A stretch of DNA of 64,000 nt from a bacterium. GTDB taxonomy: Archaea; Thermoplasmatota; E2; JACPAO01; JAHFTW01. The notes under the pieces were generated by a model, which was given only the letters and a program-made list of their open reading frames with translations, made no database searches and was not told where the DNA came from. The position numbers and the translations under genes are program-made. Within the stretch, counting starts at the first letter, position 1. Each line of letters starts with the position of its first letter. The stretch spans positions 31,274 through 95,273 of the forward strand of contig JAZJZE010000017.1 of assembly GCA_040390065.1 (NCBI GenBank). The letters run 5' to 3'. Below, piece by piece: positions 52,960 to 61,392 of the stretch.

Positions 52960-53607
52960 ATGGACCTCCGCGAAATCAAGGGCATCGGCCCCGCCAAGCA
53001 ACAGAAACTGCGCGACGCCGGCATCGCCTCCGTCGAAGACCTCGCCCGCGCCGACCCCACGAAGCTGGCCGCCGCCTCCGAGATCCCGCTCGCCCAAGTG
53101 CGCGAGATGCGCGCCCGCGCCGCCGCCCTCACCGTCGTGCAGGACGCGAAGGCATTGGGCACGGCGTCCGTCCCCACCATGGCAAGCGAAGCCGTGAAGG
53201 GCCTCCAGCAGGCCATCTCGGTCACCGTCGACCGCCTCGCCGAGGAGTTGGCGCAAGTGCAGAAGTCGCTCGCCAACCTGCAGAAGCAAGCCGCCGACGC
53301 GGCAGCCGAACTCACGGCCGAGGCCAAGACTCCGGCGGGCCGCAAGCGCATCGCCGTCGCCAGCCGCGAACTGGCACAGGACTACGCCGGCCGCGCCCAG
53401 GACGCAGCCCAGAAGGCCATCGCCTACGTGCAGGCCAACGCGCCCGACGCCATCGCCGCCGCCCGCGTGCAACTCGAAGACGCCGCCATCAAGCTCGCGG
53501 CACTCGCAGAGAAGACGCAGACGACTCTCAAGACCGAGGCCGCCAAGGTCAAGGCCGCCAACGAGAAGCTGTTCAAGTCGGTGAAGAACGGCGTCAAGGC
53601 GGCGTAG
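52960..53607 (+). CDS. Helix-hairpin-helix domain protein with long Ala/Lys/Gln-rich helical C-terminal region
   Basis: LREIKGIGPAKQQKLRDAGIASVEDLARADPTKLA. The start is the ATG at 52960 or 52936. Confidence 0.65.
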   Translation: MDLREIKGIGPAKQQKLRDAGIASVEDLARADPTKLAAASEIPLAQVREMRARAAALTVVQDAKALGTASVPTMASEAVKGLQQAISVTVDRLAEELAQVQKSLANLQKQAADAAAELTAEAKTPAGRKRIAVASRELAQDYAGRAQDAAQKAIAYVQANAPDAIAAARVQLEDAAIKLAALAEKTQTTLKTEAAKVKAANEKLFKSVKNGVKAA

Positions 53608-53628
53608 GCCACCGCACTCCGGCCACCT

Positions 53629-53662
53629 GTCAACAGATGCAACAGATGCAACCGATGACCGA
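53629..53662. repeat. 9-mer array, reverse orientation (A7)
   Basis: gt caacagatg caacagatg caaccgatg accgac. A degenerate partner arm (..gatcggttag) may lie at about 53730. Confidence 0.6.
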
Positions 53663-53747
53663 CGTGCGCGAAACGCATGCCGGGTACTTCCGTTGCGTCG
53701 GATGACCCGGCGTCGGGGAGCCGCCGACTTGATCGGTTAGCACCGGC

Positions 53748-53755
53748 CTTTATCC
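53748..53755 (+). promoter_or_regulatory. TATA-like box cTTTATcc
   Basis: About 26 nt upstream of the ATG at 53777. Confidence 0.4.
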
Positions 53756-53776
53756 GAAATCCGGCAATCGCGGGGC

Positions 53777-54802
53777 ATGCCCATCGCCAAGTCCGTCCTC
53801 GACCTCGTCGGCAACACCCCGATGGTCTACCTCGACCGACTGCGCACCAACGTCAACGGCGGCAAGGGGGCCCGCGTCGCTGCCAAACTCGAGGCATTCA
53901 ACCCCGGCGGCTCCGTCAAGGACCGCATCGGCTTGCCCATGATCCGCGCCGGCGAGAAGGCCGGGCTTCTGCGCAAAGGCGGCACCATCGTGGAGCCGAC
54001 GTCTGGCAACACTGGACTCGGTCTGGCGATTGCAGCGTCTCTTCTTGGTTACAAGATGGTCTGCGTCGTTCCCGACAAGGTCACGAAGGAGAAGATCGGC
54101 CTTCTGCGCGCGTACGGCGCCGAGGTCATCGTGTGCCCCACCAACGTCGAGGCCGACGACCCGCGGTCGTACTACAAGGTCGCGGAGACGCTGCGCGACG
54201 AAGGCGCCTTCCTGCCGTACCAGTACTACAATCAGGCGAACCCGGCGGCGCACGCCAAGACGACGGGCCCCGAAATCTGGGATGACACCGCGGGCAAGGT
54301 CACACACTTCGTCGCCGGCATGGGCACGGGCGGCACGATCTCCGGCGTCGGGCGGTTCCTGCACAAGCAAGCCGGGGGCAAGCGGCGCGTGCAAGTCGTC
54401 GGCGTCGACACCGTCGGCTCCGTCTACACCGAGTACAAGCGCACGGGGAAGTTCCCGAAGGACATCCACCAGTACCTCGTCGACGGCATCGGCGAGGACT
54501 TCATGCCGACGACCGTCTGGTGGGACGAGATCGACGACGTCGCGCAAGTCTCCGACGAGGACGCCTACCTCATGCAGGCCCGGTTGGCGCGGGAGGAGGC
54601 CATCTTCTCCGGCTCCTCGGCGGGCGCTGCCGTGCATGCCGCGCTGCGCCTTGCGAAGGCCCTGCCCAAGTCGGCGCTCGTCGTCACGTTGCTCCCCGAC
54701 ACAGGGGAACGGTACCTGTCCAAGTTCAACGTCGAGTGGATGGAGTCGAAGGGTTTGACGAAGGCGCCGGCGTACCTCAAGGCGTCGCGCCGCGGGACAT
54801 AG
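53777..54802 (+). CDS. PLP-dependent cysteine synthase / cystathionine beta-synthase family enzyme (no CBS-pair domain)
   Basis: NPGGSVKDRIG (PLP Lys), PTSGNTGLGLA, and GMGTGGTISG. Confidence 0.9.
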   Translation: MPIAKSVLDLVGNTPMVYLDRLRTNVNGGKGARVAAKLEAFNPGGSVKDRIGLPMIRAGEKAGLLRKGGTIVEPTSGNTGLGLAIAASLLGYKMVCVVPDKVTKEKIGLLRAYGAEVIVCPTNVEADDPRSYYKVAETLRDEGAFLPYQYYNQANPAAHAKTTGPEIWDDTAGKVTHFVAGMGTGGTISGVGRFLHKQAGGKRRVQVVGVDTVGSVYTEYKRTGKFPKDIHQYLVDGIGEDFMPTTVWWDEIDDVAQVSDEDAYLMQARLAREEAIFSGSSAGAAVHAALRLAKALPKSALVVTLLPDTGERYLSKFNVEWMESKGLTKAPAYLKASRRGT

Positions 54803-54865
54803 TCCTGGCGCTCCCAGGCCGCCCTACAGCCAAACCGGTGAAATGCCCCCCGCCCTTGCAGCACC

Positions 54866-56038
54866 ATGGTCGCCATCAAGGACAAGGACCGCCTCGCCAC
54901 CAAGTGCGTCCACGCCGGCGTGCACCCGGACCCAGTGCACGGCGCCGTCAATCCAGCCATCCAGTTGTCCACCACGTTCCGCCAGCCGGCCCCTGCCGAG
55001 CCCCTGACGTTCGACTACTCGCGTGCCGGCAACCCAACACGTGAAGCCCTCGAGGAGGCCATCGCTATCCTGGAAGGCGGCGCCACCGGCCACGCGTTCT
55101 CGTCGGGCCTGAGCGCCCTGGATGCCCTCCTGCGGACGCTCAGCGCGGGTGACCACGTCGTCGCGGCCGAGGACGCGTACGGCGGCTCCATCCGGCTCCT
55201 CAACAAGGTCTGTGCGCGGCAAGGCATCAAGACCACGTTCGTGGACACCCGTGACCTTGCGGCGACGAAGAAGGCGATGACGAAGCAGACCAAGATGGTG
55301 CTCCTCGAGACGCCGACGAATCCTCTCCTGCGAGTGAGTGACATCGAGGCCGTCGCCGAGATTGCCCACGATGGGGGGGCACGCCTCGTCGTCGACAACA
55401 CGTTCATGTCGCCGGCATTGCAGAACCCACTCGGCCTCGGCGCGGACGCGGTCTTCCACAGCGCCACGAAGTACATCGGCGGCCACAGCGACGTCTTGGC
55501 CGGCGTCATCGCCTGCAAGGATGAAGAGCTCGGGCAAGAAATCCGTTTCCTTCAGTTGGCAGTCGGTGCGGTGTGTGCGCCCTTCGACGCATTCCTGCTG
55601 CTTCGCGGCCTGAAGACGCTGCACCTGCGCATGGAGCGGCACAGCGAATCGGCGGCCGTCCTAGCCCGCCAACTGTCGGACCACAAGGCCGTGGGCAAGG
55701 TGTACTACCCCGGCCTGTCGTCGCACGACGGCCACAAGGTGCACGCCCGCCAGGCCCGCTTGGGCGGCGGCATGCTGAGCTTCACCCTCAAGGATGCCAA
55801 AGCGGCCCGGGCCGTCGTCGCCCGCACCCGCATCTGGCAACTGGCCGAATCCCTCGGCGCCGTCGAATCGCTCATCCAGATTCCCGCCCTCATGACGCAC
55901 GCCAGCGTACCGCGCGAGATGCGCATCAAGACCGGCCTCGAGGATGGCCTCATCCGCCTCTCCGTCGGCGTCGAGGACGTGGACGACTTGTGGGCGGACC
56001 TGGAGCAGGCCGTCTCGGGCAAACCGACGCGTCGTTAG
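54866..56038 (+). CDS. Cys/Met-metabolism PLP enzyme (cystathionine gamma-lyase / gamma-synthase family)
   Basis: YSRAGNPTREALE, DNTFMSPALQNPL, and SATKYIGGHSDVLAG (PLP Lys). Confidence 0.9.
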   Translation: MVAIKDKDRLATKCVHAGVHPDPVHGAVNPAIQLSTTFRQPAPAEPLTFDYSRAGNPTREALEEAIAILEGGATGHAFSSGLSALDALLRTLSAGDHVVAAEDAYGGSIRLLNKVCARQGIKTTFVDTRDLAATKKAMTKQTKMVLLETPTNPLLRVSDIEAVAEIAHDGGARLVVDNTFMSPALQNPLGLGADAVFHSATKYIGGHSDVLAGVIACKDEELGQEIRFLQLAVGAVCAPFDAFLLLRGLKTLHLRMERHSESAAVLARQLSDHKAVGKVYYPGLSSHDGHKVHARQARLGGGMLSFTLKDAKAARAVVARTRIWQLAESLGAVESLIQIPALMTHASVPREMRIKTGLEDGLIRLSVGVEDVDDLWADLEQAVSGKPTRR

Positions 56039-56499
56039 GCCGTCACGGTCTGTGGGGTCTGGAAGACGAGCCGCAGCAGGTCGTGGCGCGAGACCATGCC
56101 CACCGGCTTCCAGCCATGCAGCACGGGCAAGTGGTTGATCTCGTGGCGCACCATGAGGTCCATGGCGCGCTCGACGGCGTCATCCTCGGCCAGGCAGTAG
56201 AGGATGCTGCGCATGGCCTTCCTTGCTGGAATCGCGCGGGCCTCCTCGTAGATGGCGGCGAGGCCGTGGCGTCGCACGTTCTTGCCAAACAGGCTCGGCG
56301 CGCGGTACGGGTCGAACGGGTTTCCGGCGTCCTGGGCGGTAAAGTCGCGTTCCGTGAGGATGCCGCAGGCCTTGCCGTTGGCGTCGACGACGACGACGCA
56401 GCCGATGCGATGGCTGAGCATGATGCGCGCCGCCTCGTCGAGGTTGACGTCCAGATCGACGGTGACGACGGGTCCGGTCATGATGTCCTTGATTTGCAT
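56035..56499 (-). CDS. CBS-pair domain protein
   Basis: MQIKDIMTGPVVTVDLD and HEINHLPVLHGWKPVGMVSRHDLL (two CBS motifs). It lies downstream of pfk on the same strand. Confidence 0.8.
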   Translation of the reverse strand: MQIKDIMTGPVVTVDLDVNLDEAARIMLSHRIGCVVVVDANGKACGILTERDFTAQDAGNPFDPYRAPSLFGKNVRRHGLAAIYEEARAIPARKAMRSILYCLAEDDAVERAMDLMVRHEINHLPVLHGWKPVGMVSRHDLLRLVFQTPQTVTA

Positions 56500-56561
56500 G
56501 GGTGCACCTGGCAACCAATGATGCACTGCGCGCCAAGGACGTTGTCGTCCCGGCAAGGTTC

Positions 56562-57710
56562 CTAACGCGTCTGCAACGCGAGCGCCGCCTTCCACGTCGC
56601 GCCCTTGACGTCGACGCGGCGGATGCGCACCTTTCCCGTTTTTGCGTCGCGCAAATCCTCGAGGCGCAGCGGCAGGACGGCTCCGTCCCGCAGGCTCACG
56701 ACGGCGTTCCCTTTTCCGGTTGCGAGGAACTCCACGGCACCGGCGCCGAGCGTGCGGGTGTACTGCACGTCGAAGGCGATCGGGTCGGCGCAGCGCAACT
56801 CGTAGCCGATGATCTTGGTGATGAAGCCCACGTCCAGTTTCTTGGCGGCAAGGCGCGGCTTCAAAGCGTCGCGCACGACGCGGCCGAGGTCGATCTCGGA
56901 CATGCGGGGATTGCCATGCTCGTCCAGTTCGAGGTTGCCGACGGCGGCCTTGAGTTCGGCCGGCGGCAGGCGGTCAAGCAGACCCTCCGCGAGGACGACC
57001 AGGCCCCAGTCGAGGCCCTGCTTGCGGCGCTTCACGATGGCGGCCTCCACGATCTTGGCGACGCCCGCGAGCCGGATTGGTCCGGCCTTGAATTCCTCCG
57101 GGATGATGCAGAGCTGCGCGCCCGAGCCGACGGCCATGCCGACGGACAAGTGCCCGGCGCTGCGTCCCATCGCGGTCACGAGGTACCAGCGGCCAGTCGT
57201 CTTGGCATCCACGATGAGGTTGCGGCACAGTTGGGCGCCCACGTGCTTTGCGGTCTCGAAGCCGAACGTGGGGGCCTCGCCGGGCAATGGCAAATCGTTG
57301 TCGATGGTCTTCGGGACGTGCGCGACGCGGAATTTCGGCCCCATCGCCTCTGCAACCTTGAGTCCGGCACTGGCGGTGTCGTCGCCGCCGACCGTCACGA
57401 GGTGGGTGAGGCCGAGTTTCTTGATGGATGCCACGACCTTCGCCATGTCCTCGGGCCTGTTGGTCGGGTTGGCGCGGCTCGTGTAGAGGATGCTGCCGCC
57501 CTGCACCTCGATGCCGGCGACGTCGGCGGCGGAGAGTTCCTTGCAGCGCTCCAGGTCCCCTTTCATGAGCAGAGAGTAACCCTTCGGGATGCCCACCACG
57601 GACCAGCCGCGGGCATGGGCTGCGGTGACGACGGCATTGATGACGCCGTTCAAGCCGGGGGCCGGGCCGCCGCCGTTGAGGATACCGATGCGGATGTCGG
57701 GTTTGGCCAC
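56562..57710 (-). CDS. pfp: Phosphofructokinase, PfkA family, with pyrophosphate-dependent-type signature residues
   Basis: IGILNGGGPAPGLNGVI, VTVGGDDTASAG (GGDD rather than GGDG), and VPKTIDNDL (PKTIDND rather than PGTIDND). GTG start. Confidence 0.9.
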   Translation of the reverse strand: MAKPDIRIGILNGGGPAPGLNGVINAVVTAAHARGWSVVGIPKGYSLLMKGDLERCKELSAADVAGIEVQGGSILYTSRANPTNRPEDMAKVVASIKKLGLTHLVTVGGDDTASAGLKVAEAMGPKFRVAHVPKTIDNDLPLPGEAPTFGFETAKHVGAQLCRNLIVDAKTTGRWYLVTAMGRSAGHLSVGMAVGSGAQLCIIPEEFKAGPIRLAGVAKIVEAAIVKRRKQGLDWGLVVLAEGLLDRLPPAELKAAVGNLELDEHGNPRMSEIDLGRVVRDALKPRLAAKKLDVGFITKIIGYELRCADPIAFDVQYTRTLGAGAVEFLATGKGNAVVSLRDGAVLPLRLEDLRDAKTGKVRIRRVDVKGATWKAALALQTR

Positions 57711-57764
57711 GATGCCGCCAGCGGGAGCGCGTTGAAAGAGGTGCCGCGCGCGGCTCCCCCCACT

Positions 57765-57836
57765 GTCAACCGATGGAACCGATGAAACAGATGGACAGCC
57801 GCGTCGGCATCGGTTCGATCTGTTGCATCTGTTGAT
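57765..57836. repeat. Full palindromic 9-mer element (A8)
   Basis: gtcaaccgatggaaccgatgaaacagatggac-agccgc-gtcggcatcggttcgatctgttgcatctgttgat. Confidence 0.7.
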
Positions 57837-57857
57837 AAACGTGGATGGTGGATGGGA

Positions 57858-59666
57858 TTACGCCTTCTCCATCCATCCCAACTGCAACGCATTCCGAAGC
57901 GTCACGGATTCCTTGACCTGCGACTCGCTGAACTGCGCCTCGTCGCCGACGACGTACTTCGTCTTCGTGGCCCAATCCGTGAAGCGTTTCTTGACGACGT
58001 AGCGTTCCTTGGCGACTCCGGCGGCGCCGCGTTTGTGCAGGTGGCGCGTCTCGGTGAAGCTGCCGGGGTACGTCGTGATCTTGCCGCCGTCAAGGACGGC
58101 GGTCTTGTCCGTGACGGAGTCGAGCAGGAATCGGTCGTGGCTGACGACCAGGAGCGTTCCGTGGTACGCGTTCAAGGCGTGGATGACGACGTCGCGGGCC
58201 CACAAGTCCAGGTGGTTCGTCGGCTCGTCGAGGATGAGGAGGTTCGACGGCTTGAGGATGCACTTGAGGAGCATCATGCGTTGCCTCTCGCCGCCGGAGA
58301 GGCTGCCGACGCGGCGGTTGATGTCGGCATCCGGGTTGAAGCGGAAGCGGCCCAGCAGGGCCTTCACGTCGCGTTCGTCCAGGTTTGGCCGCGCGTCCAG
58401 GACTTCCTCGAGGAGTGTCCGCTTGACGTCGAGGTCGTCGTGCTCCTGGCTGAAGAACATCGCCCGGGCACCGGGGGCGACGCGCATCTCGCCGGCGTCC
58501 TTGCCGAGCCGACCGGCCAGAATCTTGAGGAGCGTCGACTTGCCTTGCCCGTTGCCGCCGACGAGGCCGACGCGTTCCTTCTTCGTGACCTCCAGGTCGG
58601 CGCCTTTCAGCACCTTGTCCGCGCCGTAGGACTTCTCGATGCCCGTGAGACGCAGCACCTCGAGCCCCGACTTCTCGAGGGCATCGAACTGCAAGCCGAA
58701 TCCCAGCTTCTCGAGCACGGGGTCTGGCGTCCGGTCGAGTGCCTCTTGGTACTTGGCGAGGGCCTTCATGCGACTCGCGTACTGGCCGTCGAAGCGCTTC
58801 TGCTGCCGGAACTGCAGGATGACGTCCTTCGCCTGCTGCATGCGTTCCTGCGCCTTCTCGTGCTCGCGGCGGGCGCGCTCCAGGTCCTCGTCGCGGGCCT
58901 TGACGTAATCCTCGTAGTTGCCGGAATAGCACCGGATGCGGCCCTGGCTCACTTCGAAGACGCGGCTTGCGACGTTGTCGAGGAAGGCGCGGTCGTGCGC
59001 CACGACGAGGACGGTCCCGTTGAACGAGTCCAGCCACTCTTCGAGCCATTCGATGGAGTCGACGTCCAAGTGGTTCGTCGGCTCGTCGAGCACCACCATG
59101 TCGCCGGGCCGAGCGGCGCTCAGCGTCCGCGCCAGAAACAGTCGCGTCTTCTCTCCACCAGAGAGGCTCTGCGCCGGCTGGTCGAGGTCGTCGTCGGAGA
59201 AGCCCATCTGCGCGACGATGGGCGTCTGCCACGCGTCCGTCGCCGGCTTCGTCGCCATGCGCATCTCCTGCTGCAACTCGGCGTAGCGCTCCAGCACCGC
59301 CTCGTAGCCGTGGTTCTCGTACAACGCGGGATCCGAGATGCGCGCCTCCAACTCGTCGTGCTCGGCCTGCAAATGCGCTGGCGCCGATGCAGCAGCCGAG
59401 AGCAAATCCTTCACGGTCGCCCCGGGAGGAATCACGGGATGCTGGTCGAACCAGTGGATTGTCGTCCCCGGCTGCACCTTCAGCGAGCCATGGTCCGGCT
59501 TCTCGCGGCCGGCGAGGATGCGAAGGAGCGTCGACTTGCCAGCACCGTTGGGGCCGACGATGGCGACCTTCTGCCCGGCCTCGACGACGAACGTCGCATC
59601 GTCGAAGAGGTGCTTCGGGCCATACGACTTGCCCAGCCCATCGGCCTGGATGAGCGGGGGAGGCAT
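57858..59666 (-). CDS. ABC-F family ATPase (two fused NBDs, no membrane domain) with ~60-aa C-terminal extension
   Basis: GPNGAGKSTLL / LSGGEKTRL / VVLDEPTNHLD, then GGNGQGKSTLL / LSGGERQRM / LILDEPTNHLD. A charged inter-domain linker follows YSGNYEDYVKARDE. Confidence 0.9.
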   Translation of the reverse strand: MPPPLIQADGLGKSYGPKHLFDDATFVVEAGQKVAIVGPNGAGKSTLLRILAGREKPDHGSLKVQPGTTIHWFDQHPVIPPGATVKDLLSAAASAPAHLQAEHDELEARISDPALYENHGYEAVLERYAELQQEMRMATKPATDAWQTPIVAQMGFSDDDLDQPAQSLSGGEKTRLFLARTLSAARPGDMVVLDEPTNHLDVDSIEWLEEWLDSFNGTVLVVAHDRAFLDNVASRVFEVSQGRIRCYSGNYEDYVKARDEDLERARREHEKAQERMQQAKDVILQFRQQKRFDGQYASRMKALAKYQEALDRTPDPVLEKLGFGLQFDALEKSGLEVLRLTGIEKSYGADKVLKGADLEVTKKERVGLVGGNGQGKSTLLKILAGRLGKDAGEMRVAPGARAMFFSQEHDDLDVKRTLLEEVLDARPNLDERDVKALLGRFRFNPDADINRRVGSLSGGERQRMMLLKCILKPSNLLILDEPTNHLDLWARDVVIHALNAYHGTLLVVSHDRFLLDSVTDKTAVLDGGKITTYPGSFTETRHLHKRGAAGVAKERYVVKKRFTDWATKTKYVVGDEAQFSESQVKESVTLRNALQLGWMEKA

Positions 59667-59712
59667 GATTGCGGCGACGGGATAGAGGTGTTGAGCGTTG
59701 CGGAAAGGGGAC

Positions 59713-59885
59713 GACCTGCAAACAGGTCGATCATTTGCGATGTCCTGCCTCGGCTTCGCCTCGCCACATCGCGGCGGAGGGCTGCCGCCCCCCGCCCCTG
59801 TCCCCCCGCCGGGGGGCCTGCCGGCCCCCGCGACCCCCCGCGGGCTCGCGCAGCGGCGCTCGCAAGTGACGCTCGCCCGGGCGGT
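59713..59885 (+). repeat. Three-hairpin GC-rich module, copy C1 (left arm of inverted pair)
   Basis: gacctg-caaa-caggtc, gcgatgt-N22-acatcgc, ggcgg-N7-ccgcc. The core 59713-59837 is the reverse complement of 62186-62310 with 2 mismatches in 125 nt (hand alignment). Confidence 0.8.
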
Positions 59886-59904
59886 TCCGCTGGTCCTCCG
59901 CTTT

Positions 59905-60021
59905 CATCTTCTGTCCGTCCTCGGTTGCATCGGGGCATCTGCGGATGGGCGGTCGGCCCTGTTCATCGGTTGCATCCGTTGCATCTGTTGACCGGTCGTC
60001 GGCGGCGTTGGCATCCGTCGA
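59905..60021. repeat. 9-mer array (A9)
   Basis: catcggttg catccgttg catctgttg ac cggtcgtcggcggc, with degenerate units on both sides. Confidence 0.65.
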
Positions 60022-60048
60022 CGCCAGGTGCGCGGGCCGTCTGTCGCC

Positions 60049-60054
60049 TTTAAA
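60049..60054 (+). promoter_or_regulatory. TATA-like box cTTTAAAcg for nop5-flpA
   Basis: About 27 nt upstream of the GTG at 60079. Confidence 0.45.
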
Positions 60055-60078
60055 CGAACTTCCACCGTCCCCATCGCC

Positions 60079-61392
60079 GTGGCGCGCGCGACTTGGCTGG
60101 ACAAGGCCCCCGACGTGGCCGCCGTCGTCGCCCACCTCGAGGCCGCGGCGAAGGCCGCGAAGGGGCCGCTTGCCTTCGAGCCGGTGCAGGTCCCCGGTGG
60201 CACCGACCTCGCGGTTCTCCACCAAGCCGCACTTCTGCGCGTCCGGGCGCAACTTTCCATCTCGCACGCCGAGGCCGACCGCATCCTCGCGCAGGAAGTC
60301 CGCGCCATCGACGACCTCGTGCGCACCGCGAACCTCCTAGTGGAGCGGCTGCGCGAATGGTACGCCCTGCACGCCCCGGAAGCCGCCCGCATGGTCCCCG
60401 ACGCGGAGGAGTTGACGCGCCTCGTCGTGGAGCACGGGGAACGCGGCCTTGTCATGACGGCGTTGAACCAAGCCCAGACCGCCTCCACGTCCCTCGGCAC
60501 GGACCTCGACGCCCGCGACATGGCGGTCCTGCAAGGATTTGCGGCGGCGCTGCAGGCCGTCCACGAATCGTGGCGCGCCCTCGAAGTCCGCGTCGGCTCG
60601 CTCATGGAAGAGGTGGCGCCCAACGTCGCCTCCGTCGTCGGCCCCGTCATCGGCGCCCGCCTCATCGCAATCTCCGGCGGCCTCAACCGCCTGGCGACGT
60701 GGCCCGCTGGCACCGTGCAGCTCCTCGGTGCCGAGACGGCGCTCTTCCGCCACCTCAAGGAAGGCACGAAGCCGCCCAAGCATGGCATCTTGTTCCAGCA
60801 CCCGCTCGTCCACTCCGCCGTACCGTGGAACCGCGGCGTCATCGCCCGCGCCCTAGCCCTTGCCGCCGCCACCGGGGCCAAGGCCGACGCGTTCACCAAG
60901 AACGACCTGCGCGTCTTCCTGAAGGCGCAACTCGACAAGGACTTGGCCCGCATCGCGACCCGCAAGCCGTCGACCAAGCAGCGCACCTTCACCCCTGGAC
61001 GACGGCCGTACGGCCGCGCCCCGCCATCCCGCGATGGCCCTCGTCCTGGTGGGTTTGCGCCGCGCGACTCCGGACCCCGCTACGGCCCGCCGCGCGACGG
61101 CCCCCGCCCCGGTGGCTTCGGTCCCCGCGAGGGTGCCCGCGATGCCCCACGGGATGCCCCACGGCCAGGCGCTTTCGGCTCCCGCGAGGGCGCGCGTGAC
61201 GATCGAGGCCCGCGCCGTGAGGGCGGCTGGTCGCCGCCGCCGCGCCGCGACGGACCCGGTGGCCCGCCACGCGGACCGGCCGGAGGCGCCGGAGCTGGCA
61301 AGCCGTGGAAACGCAAGCCACAGGGCGCGTTCCGACGCGAGAACAAGCCCGCAGCACCGCCGGGCCGCGGCGACAAGGGTGATTCCCGATGA
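60079..61392 (+). CDS. nop5: Nop5 (Nop56/58) C/D-box sRNP core protein with ~135-aa Arg/Gly/Pro-rich repetitive C-terminal tail
   Basis: LREWYALHAPE, APNVASVVGPVIGARLIAISGGLNRLA, and LLGAETALFRHLKEGTKPPKHGILFQHP. The start is the GTG at 60079 (leaderless distance from the TATA box) or the GTG at 60028. Confidence 0.88.
   Translation: MARATWLDKAPDVAAVVAHLEAAAKAAKGPLAFEPVQVPGGTDLAVLHQAALLRVRAQLSISHAEADRILAQEVRAIDDLVRTANLLVERLREWYALHAPEAARMVPDAEELTRLVVEHGERGLVMTALNQAQTASTSLGTDLDARDMAVLQGFAAALQAVHESWRALEVRVGSLMEEVAPNVASVVGPVIGARLIAISGGLNRLATWPAGTVQLLGAETALFRHLKEGTKPPKHGILFQHPLVHSAVPWNRGVIARALALAAATGAKADAFTKNDLRVFLKAQLDKDLARIATRKPSTKQRTFTPGRRPYGRAPPSRDGPRPGGFAPRDSGPRYGPPRDGPRPGGFGPREGARDAPRDAPRPGAFGSREGARDDRGPRREGGWSPPPRRDGPGGPPRGPAGGAGAGKPWKRKPQGAFRRENKPAAPPGRGDKGDSR

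Noticed and set aside
59698-59991. Annotating the repeat-encoded ORFs (MSCLGFASPHRGGGLPPP..., 59698..59991(+) and 61972..62364(-)) as genes.
   Set aside because: They lie entirely within repeat modules and have no promoter box at the usual distance. The stem-preserving substitutions favour a structural explanation. The coding hypothesis is kept only as an alternative to test in the finding above.
643-60021. Whether the 9-mer arrays are CRISPR arrays or an origin of replication (ORB/iteron cluster).
   Set aside because: The units are 9 bp and directly abutting with no spacers, and arrays hold only 3-5 units, so they are not CRISPR. There is no AT-rich unwinding element and no orc1/cdc6 gene nearby, so an origin call is not supported.
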